Source of the DNA: a virus
Direction: 5' to 3' (one strand)
IMG/VR virus record: IMGVR_UViG_3300042673_002246
Length of the DNA stretch: 64,000 nucleotides
Shown here: positions 63,329-64,000 of the stretch, piece after piece
Position numbering within the stretch: the first letter of the stretch is position 1
Layout: each line of letters begins with the position of its first letter
Translations under genes and position numbers: made by a program
The notes under the pieces: model-generated
Database searches by the model: none
Told to the model about the DNA's origin: nothing
Seen by the model: the letters and a program-made list of their open reading frames with translations, nothing else

Positions 63329-64000
63329 ATGCCTGGTGTACGGTACGGCCCTGACATTTCTGATGACGCCGCATATATTCTGAATCAAATTGTCAGCCTC
63401 CAAGATGTCGAGGCTGACCTCAAGCGTCGTGGGCGAAAACTTAACGACCGTGACTCGAAGACTTTGGCACGAAACGTAAAAGCAGCTCAAACATTTTTTG
63501 GTGTAAGTGCTGCAGACATAAAGAAACGAAAATTCGGTGACATGGGAACACTGGCTCAGTATTCCATGGAGGGAATCAATCTCTCTCGCCGCAAGAGGGG
63601 GGCCAACGGTAAATGGGTTTACACAAAATCGAAGCGTGTAAAACTTGCAAAAGACAAAGATGGAATTGCGAAACGTACAGTTGCTGAAGAGCACGTAAAA
63701 TACAGAGGAGCGAATCCAGGCCGCACGTTTATTAGTGCTAGCGAGGACAAGGCAATTCGCAAAAAACTTGACCCAGTTGGTGGTGGAACATACCTTGGAA
63801 GGACGAGTCCAAGAAAATTTATGGATGCGCAAAAACGCTTCTATGACCGGATGTCAAAAAAAGGCGCAGTATCTTACGGTAACCAACCGGCAAGAAAAAT
63901 ACGCGGTCAGGACGACCTGGATAAAGTCAATATAGCCAAGCAATATGGCAAAAGCATCCGTCCAAGAATGACAACCTCACGTCCTGGCGGAAGAAGAAAA
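63329..64000 (+). CDS. Basic hypothetical protein, partial (runs off window end)
   Basis: AAGGAG RBS, ATG at 63329, MPGVRYGPDISDDAAY..., no stop for 224 codons (hand-read). Confidence 0.75.
   Translation, partial: MPGVRYGPDISDDAAYILNQIVSLQDVEADLKRRGRKLNDRDSKTLARNVKAAQTFFGVSAADIKKRKFGDMGTLAQYSMEGINLSRRKRGANGKWVYTKSKRVKLAKDKDGIAKRTVAEEHVKYRGANPGRTFISASEDKAIRKKLDPVGGGTYLGRTSPRKFMDAQKRFYDRMSKKGAVSYGNQPARKIRGQDDLDKVNIAKQYGKSIRPRMTTSRPGGRRK

Noticed and set aside
63317-63832. 171-aa minus-strand ORF
   Set aside because: The plus-strand ORF from 63329 has a clear RBS and continues the operon direction

Overview
This is a 64-kb segment of a large tailed dsDNA phage genome with an HK97-type head and no integrase or tail genes in the window. 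The host is most likely an actinobacterium, judged from the phage WhiB, an actinobacterial-type ferredoxin and ssb; Acidimicrobiia is a plausible but unproven guess. Gene modules: (1) head assembly and packaging (terminase large subunit, portal, prohead protease, major capsid, putative TerS); (2) replication and recombination (primase-helicase, SSB, Rad52/Sak-like annealase, RecB-like nuclease, RuvC, HNH); (3) nucleotide and redox metabolism (class II RNR, ThyX, MazG-like, thioredoxin, ferredoxin, Fe/2OG oxygenase); (4) a ParB/PAPS-reductase/ParB cluster; (5) seven tRNAs plus one D-arm-less tRNA-like gene. The main discovery is a set of three giant proteins (2205, 2458 and 2954 aa; the last is fused to the prohead protease). 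Their effector-like domains include a DEDDh exonuclease, GNAT, zincins, ART-like domains, ArdC, a UvrD helicase and ParB. These domains are separated by an x-[LFM]-S-S-G linker (consensus RLSSG) seen 18 times. Two of the giants share a near-identical ~70-aa leader, and an A10 slippage run lies right at the protease/cargo boundary. I infer a head-packaged, proteolytically processed multi-effector polyprotein system. Other notable items are a rearranged tRNA(UAU)-like RNA, two unannotated structured RNAs and apparent GATC avoidance. All functional calls come from motif recognition by eye; no database searches were run.
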